Assembly (NCBI GenBank): GCA_052388195.1
Contig: JBQTIK010000037.1
Span: 1-53,652, forward strand
Source of the DNA: Nitrososphaerota archaeon
Lineage (GTDB): Archaea; Thermoproteota; Nitrososphaeria; Nitrososphaerales; Nitrosopumilaceae
Direction: 5' to 3'
Length of the DNA: 53,652 nt
Below are positions 44,101 to 53,251 of this stretch, in pieces. Position 1 is the stretch's first letter; each line of letters begins with the position of its first letter. The position numbers and the translations under genes are program-made. The notes under the pieces are model-generated. The model had not been told where the DNA came from. It searched no databases and saw only the letters and a list, made by a program, of their open reading frames with translations.

Positions 44101-44573
44101 ACGGATATGGCTTTACTCACACAACATCAACTCTTACCACATCAAGATCTAGGAGTGCCTATTCCACACTCGGCTCAGTTTTGGAGAAGCTTGACATGCA
44201 GATCAGGACTGCAGATATGATTAATGCCGTAGATTCTAGCGAAGTTGTATCAATGGTTATGACTACACATCTTTTACCGGACATCATGGGTAATCTACGG
44301 GCATATTCTGGGCAATCATTTAGATGCACTGCATGTGGTGCAAGCTACAGAAGGATCCCTCTTTCACAAAATTGTACGGAATGTGGTAACAAGCTCATCC
44401 AGACTTTAACAAGGCCCTCCGTAAACAAATACCTCAAGCTTGCAAAGAGATTGCTTGACAAATATGAAATTGATCCATATTTGAGGGGAAGAGTTCTTGC
44501 TCTTTTAGACGAACTAGAACTAGTGTTTGGAAAAGAAGACAGTGATCAGGCTCTTCTTACCGACTATGCTTAG
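41199..44573 (+). CDS. polC: DNA polymerase D large subunit (DP2)
   Basis: 1124 aa. It has internal Zn-finger clusters (CKNCN...CPKCK...CPICR...CSKCK) and a C-terminal CTACG...CTECG cluster. By eye the overall sequence resembles DP2 (e.g. GPIRSAGGTEAAS). Confidence 0.95.
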   Translation: MSEIVAFRLQETPMPNYYLDYYTKISKEVFSTFEKAAAAKSTLADSSGMVEPKIAFDLADRVSKMHEIDVTDNLRALIQKTTKEFAALNLSEEIARGKYSGLDATLEEKLDLAVRVGLAIVTEGVTIAPLQGIHEVKIKKNRDGSEYLSVSFAGPIRSAGGTEAASTMLIADHVRKIAGLAKYEANSFDDETGRFVEELRLYEREAGNFQYHVADEDVVAVISNLPVELNGVDTDPIEIVSHRNMARISTNRVRGGALRVLNDGLIGKSRKLLKLIELFKLDGWDWLKDLKGAIQTGDEDAASHRMREVITGRSVLSMPKKIGGFRLRYGRACNTGFATVGIHPVVAEILDHTITVGTQIKLDIPGKASTVAFVDSLDTPVVRLVNGNVVKIKNTAHGIKLKGQIEKILHLGDILISYGDFLENNAELVPTGYVEEYWIEELKTKLAKYESQDPTLLQYISKIPSLDEAFKISFDFNLPLHPNYLYFWDHLSSQEFEQILKPISAEPDLIIYQKNCKQILEKLGIPHEIAKDSILLKTTEAKIFFYLLFRKPIKFDSSLTVPQMISQTSGIKICNKFSTAVGVRVGRPEKAAPRKMKPPVHTLFPVGSKGGASRDLVKASKQADFYCNISNRICKNCNELSIGIACPKCKSKTTLVFICPICRAELDSNFCSKCKKNAVSHTYKAFPLKERLFAVQEKTGIRVQEPFKGVKELINQDRIAEPLEKGIIRQSLGLNVFKDGTIRFDATNAPLTHFKPEWVGTSLEKLAELGYTHDTDGKPLVRPDQLVELRMQDAIIPYESGEYLVQTSQYIDKEFEKLFGHSAFYKVKNTDDLVGHLIIGLAPHTSVGIVGRIIGYTNTHVCYGTPVWHSAKRRDADGDADSIMLLMDSLLNFSRQFLSDRIGGLMDAPLLVQPVVMPQEVQRQAHNFEVASTLPISFFEATLARQKASEVKDVETLKSRLETEKQFYGYGFTHTTSTLTTSRSRSAYSTLGSVLEKLDMQIRTADMINAVDSSEVVSMVMTTHLLPDIMGNLRAYSGQSFRCTACGASYRRIPLSQNCTECGNKLIQTLTRPSVNKYLKLAKRLLDKYEIDPYLRGRVLALLDELELVFGKEDSDQALLTDYA

Positions 44574-45907
44574 TGAAGTTTGATGTACTCATAAGCACCA
44601 AGCTTGTTATCAAAACAATAGTGAACTTTTTGGTAGTTTTTCCTAAATGATTTTACTTCAGCTGCTACTTTTTGCTTGTCTTTTTTGTCCACCACAACTT
44701 TTTTGATGAAGCTTGCAACCTCTCTCATTTCTGATTCCTTCATGCCCAGCCGTGTCAGCTCGGCAACACCAAGTCTTATGCCACCTGGATGAAAGTAATT
44801 CCTTCCAGCCTTTATATCCCCTGGTATAAGTTGCCTGTTTACAATTATGTTTGCTTTTTCCAGATCAGCCTCAATTGCACCACCGTCACCAAATGAAAGT
44901 ATGTTTACCACGATTTGGTGGGATTTAGTAAAACCATGTTTTTCAGCTAACACCCCAAAACCAAATGAGTTTAAAGCTTCTGCAAGTGCCTTTGCATTTT
45001 TTATTACCTGAATTGCATACTCCTTGCCGAACTCGATCATCTCTGCAAATGCAATTGCTTTTCCAGCTACATGGTGCAGATGATGATTGCTTGTCATCCC
45101 AGGAAATGTGGCCTTTTTAATCTCCTCTGCATACTTTTCAAAGGAGACAACCATTCCTCCCTGCGGACCAAACAAAGTCTTATGAGTACTCATGGTCATA
45201 GCATCTGCTCCTTCTCTCAAAGGATCTTGGAACTGTTCCCCTGCAATTAGGCCAGCAACATGGGCTCCATCATAATTGACAAAAATCTTGTATCCTTTCA
45301 GAAAGTCTGCAAGTTCCTTAACTGGGTGTGGAAACAAAAAAACAGATCCGCCAAACATAGCCATTTTTGGAGTTCTGCCAGCTTTTTCAAGCTCAACTAC
45401 TTTTTGCTTTGTCTTATCTACATCAATTGACATCTCTTCTGCGTCAAATGGATAGAACTCTATGTCTAATCCATGTACAAGACCTGCCGTTCCGGCATGC
45501 TCTTTTTTACCATGAGATATGTGGCCTCCAGATGGAATTGAAGGTGCTAGCATCACATCACTTGGATTTGTAAAAGCGGAATAAACGGAAAGGTTAGCTA
45601 CAACACCAGAAATTGGTCTTACATCAACAAACTCTGCCCTAAACAGTTCTTTTGCAAGCTCGATGCACTTGAATTCTACTTTGTCAATGTAAGTGCAACC
45701 AGCATAGACGCGCTCGCCTGGCCAACCTTCGGCATATCTATTTGCAAAATCCGAAATTGCAGCTTCTCTTACAGCAGGGCTGGGAACGTTTTCACTTGCA
45801 ATGAGAGGAATAGAGTTTGCAAACCACTCATTATGCTCTTTTAACATGGAAAGTACTTCTTTGTAAGCTTCTTTTGGTGAGGACGCCGTCATGTCGTGTG
45901 GGGTCAA
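44570..45907 (-). CDS. glyA: Serine hydroxymethyltransferase
   Basis: LIASENVPSP, GGHISHG and TMSTHKTLFGPQGG (PLP-Lys). The track uses a TTG start; an in-frame ATG lies at 45892. Confidence 0.95.
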   Translation of the reverse strand: MTPHDMTASSPKEAYKEVLSMLKEHNEWFANSIPLIASENVPSPAVREAAISDFANRYAEGWPGERVYAGCTYIDKVEFKCIELAKELFRAEFVDVRPISGVVANLSVYSAFTNPSDVMLAPSIPSGGHISHGKKEHAGTAGLVHGLDIEFYPFDAEEMSIDVDKTKQKVVELEKAGRTPKMAMFGGSVFLFPHPVKELADFLKGYKIFVNYDGAHVAGLIAGEQFQDPLREGADAMTMSTHKTLFGPQGGMVVSFEKYAEEIKKATFPGMTSNHHLHHVAGKAIAFAEMIEFGKEYAIQVIKNAKALAEALNSFGFGVLAEKHGFTKSHQIVVNILSFGDGGAIEADLEKANIIVNRQLIPGDIKAGRNYFHPGGIRLGVAELTRLGMKESEMREVASFIKKVVVDKKDKQKVAAEVKSFRKNYQKVHYCFDNKLGAYEYIKLH

Positions 45908-46024
45908 CTTTCCTAATTTAAAAACATCGGTTGAGATTTTTGGGAAAATTTACTTGTATACTAGAAACTAAAAACTTAGATTCTGATAAAGATATAAAAA
46001 GGGAACAAAAGGCTTTACTGAATT

Positions 46025-47719
46025 ATGTCTATACAAGCTGCCCAAGGCGGAATTCCGGTTGTAATTCTAAAAGATGGTGCTACCCAGACTAAGGGTCGCG
46101 AAGCTCAGAAAAATAACATTACTGCTGCAAAACTAATTGCAGACATTGTTCACACAAGTCTTGGTCCAAGAGGAATGGACAAGATGCTTGTGGATTCTCT
46201 TGGTGATGTAACTATAACAAACGACGGTGCAACAATTCTAAAAGAAATTGATGTTCAACATCCAGCTGCAAAGATGCTTGTTGAGATTGCAAAAGCAACT
46301 GACAATGAAGTCGGAGATGGAACCACCTCAGCCGTCATTATTGCGGGTGCACTTTTAGAAAATGCTGAAGCTCTGGTAAATCAAGAAGTTCATCCAACCA
46401 TAATTGTAGACGGATACAGAAAGGCAGCTCAAAAGACAATCCAACTTTTGGAAAAGCTAGCAGACAAGGTAGATCCAACAGACAAAGAAATTCTTGGCAA
46501 AATTGCTAGAACTTCAATGCAGACAAAGCTTGTCAGAAAGGACTCTAGCGGTTTGTCTGATATGATAGTAAAATCCGTACTTGCCGTAGCTGAAAAAACA
46601 GATGATGGATACGCTGTCGATATAGATGACATTAAAGTGGAAAAAAAGGCAGGCGGTTCCATAAAAGATACTCTTCTCACAAAAGGAATCATTCTTGACA
46701 AAGAGGTAGTCCACAGTGGTATGCCAAAAAGGATTACCAACGCAAAGATTGCGCTGATTAATAGTGCATTGGAGATTGACAAAACTGAGTTTGATGCAAA
46801 GATCAACATATCAAATCCGGACCAGATGAAGTCGTTTTTGGATGAAGAAAATAAGATGATTAAAAACATGGTAGACAAGGTCATTGCATCCGGCGCAAAT
46901 GTCCTATTCTGTCAAAAAGGAATCGATGACATTGCTCAACATTATCTTGCAAAGGCTGGTGTACTAACAGTAAGGAGAATAAAGGAAAGTGACCTAACAA
47001 AGCTTGCCAAAGCAACCGGAGCCAGAATCGTAACAAATCTTGATGATTTATTTGACAAAGACTTGGGTGCGGCAGAAAATGTAGAGGAAAGAAAGATTGA
47101 GACAGACAGATGGGTTTTCGTGGAAGGCTGTAGACATCCAAAGGCAGTAACCATTCTTGTCCGTGGAGGCTCACAAAGAGTTGTTGATGAAGTCGAGAGA
47201 TCGGTTCATGATGCACTCATGGTTGTAAAAGATGTTATAGAAAAGCCACTGATCGTAGCTGGTGGTGGCGCACCTGAGACCTATGCTGCAACAAAGCTTA
47301 GAGAGTGGGCAAAGTCACTTGAAGGACGAGAACAGCTTGCTGTAGAAAAGTTTGCAGATTCACTTGAAGTAATTCCACTTACACTAGCTGAAAATGCCGG
47401 TATGGATCCAATTGATACTCTCACATCACTCCGTTCAAAACAACTGAAAGGAAACAAATGGACTGGAATAGATGTAATGAAAGGAACAGTAGCAAGCATG
47501 CACTCTAGTGATATTTTTGAGCCACTTTCTGTTAAGAATCAGATTATTTCATCTGCCACTGAAGCTGCATCTATGATTCTTAGAATTGATGATGTGATTG
47601 CAGTTACAAAATCTCCCAGTCCTCCACCTGGTGGTGAAGGAATGGGTGGTGGTATGGGCGGTATGGGTGGCATGGGTGGCATGGGCGGTATGGGTGGAAT
47701 GCCACCAATGGACATGTAA
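46025..47719 (+). CDS. ths: Thermosome subunit (group II chaperonin)
   Basis: [27 protein letters not shown] and VAGGGAPE motifs, plus a C-terminal (GGM)n tail. Confidence 0.97.
   Translation: MSIQAAQGGIPVVILKDGATQTKGREAQKNNITAAKLIADIVHTSLGPRGMDKMLVDSLGDVTITNDGATILKEIDVQHPAAKMLVEIAKATDNEVGDGTTSAVIIAGALLENAEALVNQEVHPTIIVDGYRKAAQKTIQLLEKLADKVDPTDKEILGKIARTSMQTKLVRKDSSGLSDMIVKSVLAVAEKTDDGYAVDIDDIKVEKKAGGSIKDTLLTKGIILDKEVVHSGMPKRITNAKIALINSALEIDKTEFDAKINISNPDQMKSFLDEENKMIKNMVDKVIASGANVLFCQKGIDDIAQHYLAKAGVLTVRRIKESDLTKLAKATGARIVTNLDDLFDKDLGAAENVEERKIETDRWVFVEGCRHPKAVTILVRGGSQRVVDEVERSVHDALMVVKDVIEKPLIVAGGGAPETYAATKLREWAKSLEGREQLAVEKFADSLEVIPLTLAENAGMDPIDTLTSLRSKQLKGNKWTGIDVMKGTVASMHSSDIFEPLSVKNQIISSATEAASMILRIDDVIAVTKSPSPPPGGEGMGGGMGGMGGMGGMGGMGGMPPMDM
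47639..47702 (+). repeat. Imperfect 9-bp tandem repeat encoding the thermosome (GGM)n tail
   Basis: ggaatgggtggtggtatgggcggtatgggtggcatgggtggcatgggcggtatgggtggaatg, in frame within 46025..47719. Confidence 0.9.
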
Positions 47720-47788
47720 GTCTCATACAAACAAATTTCAAAGACAACTCATCAAAGGTTTATTTGCCGATTCTTATAACGAAATTTT

Positions 47789-48070
47789 ATGCAAAAAGGC
47801 GGTTCAAAAATTCTTATTGGCGTAAAGTATGTTTATTTGATATTTTTCTTTGCGCTACTTTCTGGACTCTTTTATCCCATAATAGAAAGCGGCGCAAATG
47901 CAAATGGAGTCATTATGGGAGTGATTATTCTCTTTATTGGTCTTTCAGGAGCATTATGTCTATACAAAGCTGGTACATCCGATAAAAGACAAAAAACATA
48001 TCTTATTACGGGATTTGTAATTCTAGCTATATCATTACTGCTTGTTTTTTCAGCCGCTGGAAGACTGTAG
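47789..48070 (+). CDS. Small membrane protein (3 TM helices)
   Basis: 93-aa hydrophobic ORF. No motif recognised. Confidence 0.45.
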   Translation: MQKGGSKILIGVKYVYLIFFFALLSGLFYPIIESGANANGVIMGVIILFIGLSGALCLYKAGTSDKRQKTYLITGFVILAISLLLVFSAAGRL

Positions 48071-48071
48071 C

Positions 48072-49568
48072 TTAGATATCAAAATACAGATAAAACTCAT
48101 GTGGATGGGGTCGTATAGATATCTCACGAACATCCTTTCTTTCTAACTCTATAATTTTGTCAAGTACCTCATTTGTAAATATTGGGGCTAGGAATTTTCT
48201 GTCACTTTCAAGCGAATCAAGGGCTTCCCCAAGATTTGCAGGTAGTGATTTGATTCCCTTTGCTTCGCGCTCTTCCCTACTCATCTTGTAGATATCTTCA
48301 TGAACTGGGTCTCCTGGCTCAATCTTCTTTTTGATACCATCAAGTCCTGCAGCAAGTACGGCAGAAAAGACAAGGTAGGGATTTGAGGAAGGATCTGGCG
48401 CTCTGAACTCTAATCGCTTTAATTTTGCATATTTTTCTCCCCTAAAGTGAGAGGGGACTCTTACTATTGCAGATCTGTTGCCTGTACTCCATGCAATGTA
48501 AACAGGCGCTTCATAACCTGGAACCAGTCTACGATAGGAATTTGTTGTCGGTGCAACTATTGCAGCTAATGACCTTGCATGATTCATTATCCCACCGCAA
48601 AAATATCTTGCTGTCTGGCTGATCTCTTCTTTATCATCCTTATCAAAAAAGGTATTTTTGCTGTCTTTCCAAAGACTGACGTTTGTGTGCATACCAGAGC
48701 CGTTATCCATCGCAATTGGTTTTGGCATCATTGTGGCAACCTTACCATACTTTTGTGCAACATTTCTTACTACATACTTGTAGGTCTGTGCGCCATCAGA
48801 CGCATTTGTTAGATAATCATACCGGATATCAATTTCACACTGCCCCGCGGTTGCAACCTCATGGTGATGGTTATCACACAATATGCCAAAATTTTCGTTT
48901 AAATGTTCAACACACTCATTTCTAAAATCGGTTAATGTGTCAGACGGAGTACTTGGATAGTATCCCTCCTGCAAACCCATTGGGTATCCTGTTCCTTCTT
49001 GACTCCACGGTGCTTCTTTGGATTCTATTGAATATGATTGACCCTTGTATGGTGTCAGGACATCCCAGTGGATCTTATCAAAGACGAAAAACTCTACTTC
49101 TGGACCCCAAAAACTATGGTCAAATCCTTGAGTCGTGAGGTGTTTTTCTGCCTTTTGTGCTATGGCTCGCGGGTCTGTATCGAGTCTGCCTTTATTCCAA
49201 CCCCAGTAGACATCACAAATCAATCTAGCAGTCTTACTATTTGTTATCCAAGGAACGACTGCAAAGGTGTTTGGATCGGGCTTAAGCACCATATCAGATT
49301 CATCAACAGTTGCAAATCCAATAATTGAAGAGCCATCAAGCTTTGGCAATCCATCTTGCATTTGTTCCTGCGTAAACAAGTTAGCAGAAATTGTTGTATG
49401 ATGAAATCTTCCTGTCAATCCGGTGAATTGCAGATCGATAAATTTTACTTGCTCATGTTTTATTTTTGCAAAGACTTCGTCAGCTGAATAAGAGATCGAA
49501 GTTGGTTCTCCACCAATCACTTTATATGGCAATTTGGTTCCTTGATCATACCACGAGGAGTCGGTCAT
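48072..49568 (-). CDS. glnA: Glutamine synthetase type I
   Basis: FDGSSI-like LDGSSIIGF; GPEVEFFVF; KPIAMDNGSGMHTNVSLW; NSYRRLVPGYEAP; SAIVRVP...RLEFRAPDPSSNPYL. Confidence 0.95.
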   Translation of the reverse strand: MTDSSWYDQGTKLPYKVIGGEPTSISYSADEVFAKIKHEQVKFIDLQFTGLTGRFHHTTISANLFTQEQMQDGLPKLDGSSIIGFATVDESDMVLKPDPNTFAVVPWITNSKTARLICDVYWGWNKGRLDTDPRAIAQKAEKHLTTQGFDHSFWGPEVEFFVFDKIHWDVLTPYKGQSYSIESKEAPWSQEGTGYPMGLQEGYYPSTPSDTLTDFRNECVEHLNENFGILCDNHHHEVATAGQCEIDIRYDYLTNASDGAQTYKYVVRNVAQKYGKVATMMPKPIAMDNGSGMHTNVSLWKDSKNTFFDKDDKEEISQTARYFCGGIMNHARSLAAIVAPTTNSYRRLVPGYEAPVYIAWSTGNRSAIVRVPSHFRGEKYAKLKRLEFRAPDPSSNPYLVFSAVLAAGLDGIKKKIEPGDPVHEDIYKMSREEREAKGIKSLPANLGEALDSLESDRKFLAPIFTNEVLDKIIELERKDVREISIRPHPHEFYLYFDI

Positions 49569-49578
49569 TTAAGGATTA

Positions 49579-50148
49579 TTGGGTGTGCAAATGTCTGAAA
49601 TAAAAAAAATTGACGTAAGTTCAGTGTATAGTATCTTACAACGTGAAATAGAAAATGATTCTGTCCAAGAAATTGATCCGCAACTTTATTCTAACATAGC
49701 TGAGTTACTTGGCAAGCTAAAAAATCAAGGATATGATGGAATTGAATCAAGGATAAAAGATTCACTTGTTCAGATGTTAAGCGACATGATGTCACTTCTT
49801 TTAAAAATAAGAATTGAAAAGGCAATAAAATCAAATGATCTTGATTACACCAATTTACTTGATGAGGAAAGATACATACTAGATTCTGAAGATGAGCTAC
49901 GACAAAGAAAAGATACAATTCTTGAGGCAACACTAAACGGTAGACTAAAACTTCTTGAAACAGTAGCTAAAAATCACAAGTCAAGGACAATCGTAGTGAG
50001 ATTCTTAAAATCTATAGACCAAATAGTAGGCTCAGATCTTGAGAAATATGGTCCTTTTGAGGCAGAAGATGTTGCCACTCTCCCATTTGAGAACGCACGT
50101 GCTTTAATTACTAAAAAAATTGCTGTAAAAGTAAGCTGGGAAGACTAG
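49579..50148 (+). CDS. GINS subunit-like replication protein (Gins51/Gins15-like)
   Basis: N-terminal pattern YSILQREIENDSVQEIDPQLYSNIAELL and C-terminal B-domain-like LEKYGPFEAEDVATLPFENARALI. The likelier ATG is at 49591. Confidence 0.5.
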   Translation: MGVQMSEIKKIDVSSVYSILQREIENDSVQEIDPQLYSNIAELLGKLKNQGYDGIESRIKDSLVQMLSDMMSLLLKIRIEKAIKSNDLDYTNLLDEERYILDSEDELRQRKDTILEATLNGRLKLLETVAKNHKSRTIVVRFLKSIDQIVGSDLEKYGPFEAEDVATLPFENARALITKKIAVKVSWED

Positions 50149-50177
50149 AAATTACCTCAACTATTTTTGCACAATAA

Positions 50178-50450
50178 ATGTCACACCTAGGAATAGATAT
50201 TGACTTTTATTTTTTGCTCACCGTATACCCCGTTGCAGCACTCTTTATTGTAGAAATTGTCTGTAGAGTAGCAAAGATTCCATCTTGGATAAAACTTGTA
50301 GCTCAAGGAATAACATGTGTCGGATTTGGAATAGCATACGTTACTTTGATTGTAGCACACTGGATTACTGCGGTAGTCCTTTTAGCATTATCATTTACAC
50401 TATTTTATCAAGCCAGAATTGCTAAGATAAAATCAGGGCAATCAATTTAA
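50178..50450 (+). CDS. Small membrane protein
   Basis: 90-aa ORF with about 3 hydrophobic helices. Confidence 0.4.
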   Translation: MSHLGIDIDFYFLLTVYPVAALFIVEIVCRVAKIPSWIKLVAQGITCVGFGIAYVTLIVAHWITAVVLLALSFTLFYQARIAKIKSGQSI

Positions 50451-50530
50451 TCCCTGAATTTAACAAGGTTTCCAAAAACACATCAAAACATATTTACAGA
50501 ATACATTGTGATAAACAACAGATTTTCAAA

Positions 50531-51271
50531 ATGCTCAAAGATAAAGTAGCAATTGTAACTGGCGCAAGCAGTGGGATAGGATATGCAACTGCGCTTGCTT
50601 TAGCAAAAGAAGGAGCAAAAGTAGCAATTGCCGCAAGAAGAACCAAACTATTAGAACAATTACAAAATGAGATTACAAAAAATGGTGTCGAGTGTTTAGT
50701 TGTTCCCTGTGATGTAACAAAACGCAAAGACTGTGAATCACTAATAGACGCTGTTGTAAAAAAATGGAACCATGTGGACATTCTAATTAATAATGCTGGC
50801 ATTATGCCACTTAGCTTCGTAAAGAACGTAAAAGTTAATGAATGGGAACAAATGGTGGATGTCAACATAAAAGGCGTATTATTCTGTACTGCTGCAGCAA
50901 TACCGCATATGATTAACCAGAACTCTGGTCATATCGTCAACATATCTTCAATCGCAGGTAGAATTGTATTTCCTGCTGGCAGTGTTTATTGTGCAACAAA
51001 ATTTGCAGTGAGAGCATTTAGTGAAGGCCTACGACAAGAGCTGAGTACTAAACATAAAATCAGAGTTACAACCATCGAACCAGGAATTGTAGCAACTGAG
51101 CTTACAAACACAATCACTGACAAATCGTTGGAGTCTTTTCTAAAATATGCACAAACCATAGAAACTTTACAATCTTCTGATATTGCCAGCACTATATTGT
51201 TTGCACTAAATTCTCCACCACACATGAATGTAAATGAAATTATGGTAAGACCAACTCAACAAGAAAGATAA
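50531..51271 (+). CDS. Short-chain dehydrogenase/reductase (SDR)
   Basis: TGASSGIG cofactor motif, NNAG, and the catalytic YCATK (YxxxK). Confidence 0.9.
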   Translation: MLKDKVAIVTGASSGIGYATALALAKEGAKVAIAARRTKLLEQLQNEITKNGVECLVVPCDVTKRKDCESLIDAVVKKWNHVDILINNAGIMPLSFVKNVKVNEWEQMVDVNIKGVLFCTAAAIPHMINQNSGHIVNISSIAGRIVFPAGSVYCATKFAVRAFSEGLRQELSTKHKIRVTTIEPGIVATELTNTITDKSLESFLKYAQTIETLQSSDIASTILFALNSPPHMNVNEIMVRPTQQER

Positions 51272-51280
51272 GCAGTACTG

Positions 51281-52432
51281 GTGATATCTATAAAATCCGC
51301 AAACATTCTGATTCTTGGTGGTGGATTCGGTGGTCTTGCAGCTGCAAACGAGCTAAGACAGACTCTATCATCTGATTTCAAAATCACGCTAATTGATAAA
51401 AAAGATTATTTCATGATGGATCTTGTAAAACTTTGGATCTTAAATGGCACAAGAGAGTTTGAGTTTTCAAAAAGACCGCTGCAACCTATAGCCAAAAAGG
51501 GGATTGATTTTATCAATGAGGATATAATCAAAATAGATCCAAAAAGCAGGGTTGTTACAACAAGAACAGAAGAACTAACTTATGACTACCTTATCGTTTC
51601 CCTTGGCGCAGATCTAGCGCCAGAACAAATTCCTGGGCTTTCAGAGCATGGTCTAATCTTGTATGAGATCAGAGATGTTCCAAAAATTCGTGAAGCAGTC
51701 AAGAAAATGAAATCAGGCAAAATAGTTATGGCCATAATGGGCATGCCGTACAAGTGCCCTCCTGCTCCGTACGAAGCTGCTCTTCTCATCAAATCAATGC
51801 TAAAAGATTCTGGGACAGCTGAATCAGTTCAAATTGACTTTTACAGTCCTGCACCAATTACACTTCCAGCTGCAGGGCCCCAAGTAAGTGAAGAACTTTT
51901 ACAGCTACTAAAATCAAAAGGCATTAACTTTCATGGCTCCCACAAAACGATTTCAGTTGGAGCAAACATACTCAAATTTGAAAATTCTGAAACCAATTTT
52001 GATCTTCTTATAGCAGTTCCTCCACACAAGGCTCCGGCAGTTGTTGTGGAATCTGGCTTTGCACAACAAGGTAAATTCATACGAGTTGATAGAAGCTGTA
52101 AAACAAATTTTGAAAAGGTGTACGCCATAGGAGATGTAAACGAGATAATGGTTACAGATAAGATCGCAGTTCCAAAAGCTGGAATTTTTGCAGAGGGCGA
52201 AGGAGTTACTGTTGCCAAAAACATTGTATCACAAATAAAAACAGAACAAGAAAAAACAATCTTTGACGGAAAGGGAGGTTGCTTTGTTGAGGTTGGAAAG
52301 AAAACCGCAGGATATCTGGAGGTTGATATGTTTGCCACTCCTAATCCTGTTACTATATTGAAGCAACCAACACAAGAGAACTTTATGGATAAAGAAAAGT
52401 TTGAAAAAGACAGACTTGCTAAATGGCTATGA
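51281..52432 (+). CDS. FAD-dependent pyridine nucleotide-disulfide oxidoreductase, sulfide:quinone oxidoreductase-like
   Basis: ILILGGGFGGLAAA, YKCPPAPYEAAL and AIGDV. GTG start. Confidence 0.7.
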   Translation: MISIKSANILILGGGFGGLAAANELRQTLSSDFKITLIDKKDYFMMDLVKLWILNGTREFEFSKRPLQPIAKKGIDFINEDIIKIDPKSRVVTTRTEELTYDYLIVSLGADLAPEQIPGLSEHGLILYEIRDVPKIREAVKKMKSGKIVMAIMGMPYKCPPAPYEAALLIKSMLKDSGTAESVQIDFYSPAPITLPAAGPQVSEELLQLLKSKGINFHGSHKTISVGANILKFENSETNFDLLIAVPPHKAPAVVVESGFAQQGKFIRVDRSCKTNFEKVYAIGDVNEIMVTDKIAVPKAGIFAEGEGVTVAKNIVSQIKTEQEKTIFDGKGGCFVEVGKKTAGYLEVDMFATPNPVTILKQPTQENFMDKEKFEKDRLAKWL

Positions 52433-52527
52433 TTTTCTTTTCTCTTTTCCCAAATGATCTAACATTCCTTTGATTCCACCATCAAGATCCTACGATTTAA
52501 TAATTTCACTATTACCCCTCAACTTGA

Positions 52528-52602
52528 GGGGCCGTAGTCTAGCTTGGTTATGATGCCAGCCTGGGGTGCTGGAGATCGCGGGTTCAAGTCCCGCCGGTCC
52601 CA
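52528..52602 (+). tRNA. tRNA-Pro (anticodon GGG)
   Basis: Acceptor GGGGCCG/CGGTCCC (one G-U pair). Anticodon arm CCAGC-CTGGGGT-GCTGG; T-arm GCGGG-TTCAAGT-CCCGC; discriminator A. Length 75 nt. Confidence 0.9.
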
Positions 52603-52639
52603 CTATTTTCAGGCAATCTGGACACAAACTAGTTGCAAT

Positions 52640-53248
52640 TCATCCAATATTGTCAAATTTCTGTAGGCTTTTCCACAAATACCAAGTTGCTACACTGCGA
52701 TAGGGTTTCCATCTCATTCCTATCTCTTCGACCTCTTTTGGTTTTGGTAGTTCTGGTAGTGAAAATGCTAACTGAACTCCCTTTCTTAATCCCAGATCAC
52801 CAACAGGGAGTACATCTAATCTTCCACATGAAAAAATCAAAAACATCTCTGCAGTCCACCGTCCAATTCCCTTTACTTGAGTAAGATGTGCAATTATTTC
52901 CTCATCACTCATTTTTGATAAAGTTCTGATATTAAGATCGCCATTCTCAATTTTTCTTGCAAGATCTTTCAAATACTCAACTTTCATCTTGGAGAGTCCA
53001 ACAGAGCAAAGCTTGGAATCTTTTGTGTTTAAAATCTGAACAGGTCTGGGAAATCTTGGGTAGAGTTTTCTAAACCTTCGTGTTATGGCATTAGCTGCAC
53101 CACTTGCAAGCTGTTGAGATATGATTGCCTCAACTAAGGCAGCAAAGTGATTGTTTCTCCTTTTTATTTCGAAATCTCCCACCCGATCAATAATTTTAGC
53201 TAGCTTTCGGTCTTGTTTTAGAAAGCGAATTGCTTGTTGAACAGTCAT
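52640..53248 (-). CDS. HhH-GPD DNA glycosylase (AlkA / 3-methyladenine glycosylase II-like)
   Basis: LTQVKGIGRWTAEMFLIF (HhH) followed by LPVGDLGLRKG, which holds the catalytic Asp region. Confidence 0.8.
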   Translation of the reverse strand: MTVQQAIRFLKQDRKLAKIIDRVGDFEIKRRNNHFAALVEAIISQQLASGAANAITRRFRKLYPRFPRPVQILNTKDSKLCSVGLSKMKVEYLKDLARKIENGDLNIRTLSKMSDEEIIAHLTQVKGIGRWTAEMFLIFSCGRLDVLPVGDLGLRKGVQLAFSLPELPKPKEVEEIGMRWKPYRSVATWYLWKSLQKFDNIG

Positions 53249-53251
53249 CTT

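Noticed and set aside
41199-44573. Possible intein in the PolD large subunit
   Set aside because: By eye the ORF reads as one continuous DP2-like sequence. I saw no block resembling intein or homing-endonuclease motifs.
46429-47216. Minus-strand ORFs (151 aa, 111 aa and others) inside the thermosome gene
   Set aside because: Antisense shadows. The thermosome frame is unambiguous.
47639-47702. Tandem 9-bp repeat, considered as a possible microsatellite or CRISPR-like feature
   Set aside because: It is in frame and encodes the well-known (GGM)n C-terminal tail of group II chaperonins. It has no spacers and is not a CRISPR array.
50494-50868. 124-aa minus ORF overlapping the SDR gene, and similarly 51931..52338 inside the SQR-like gene and 25424..25786 / 26045..26359 inside cdc48
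   Set aside because: These are antisense shadows of genes with canonical motifs (TGASSGIG/YxxxK; GGGFGG; Walker A/B).
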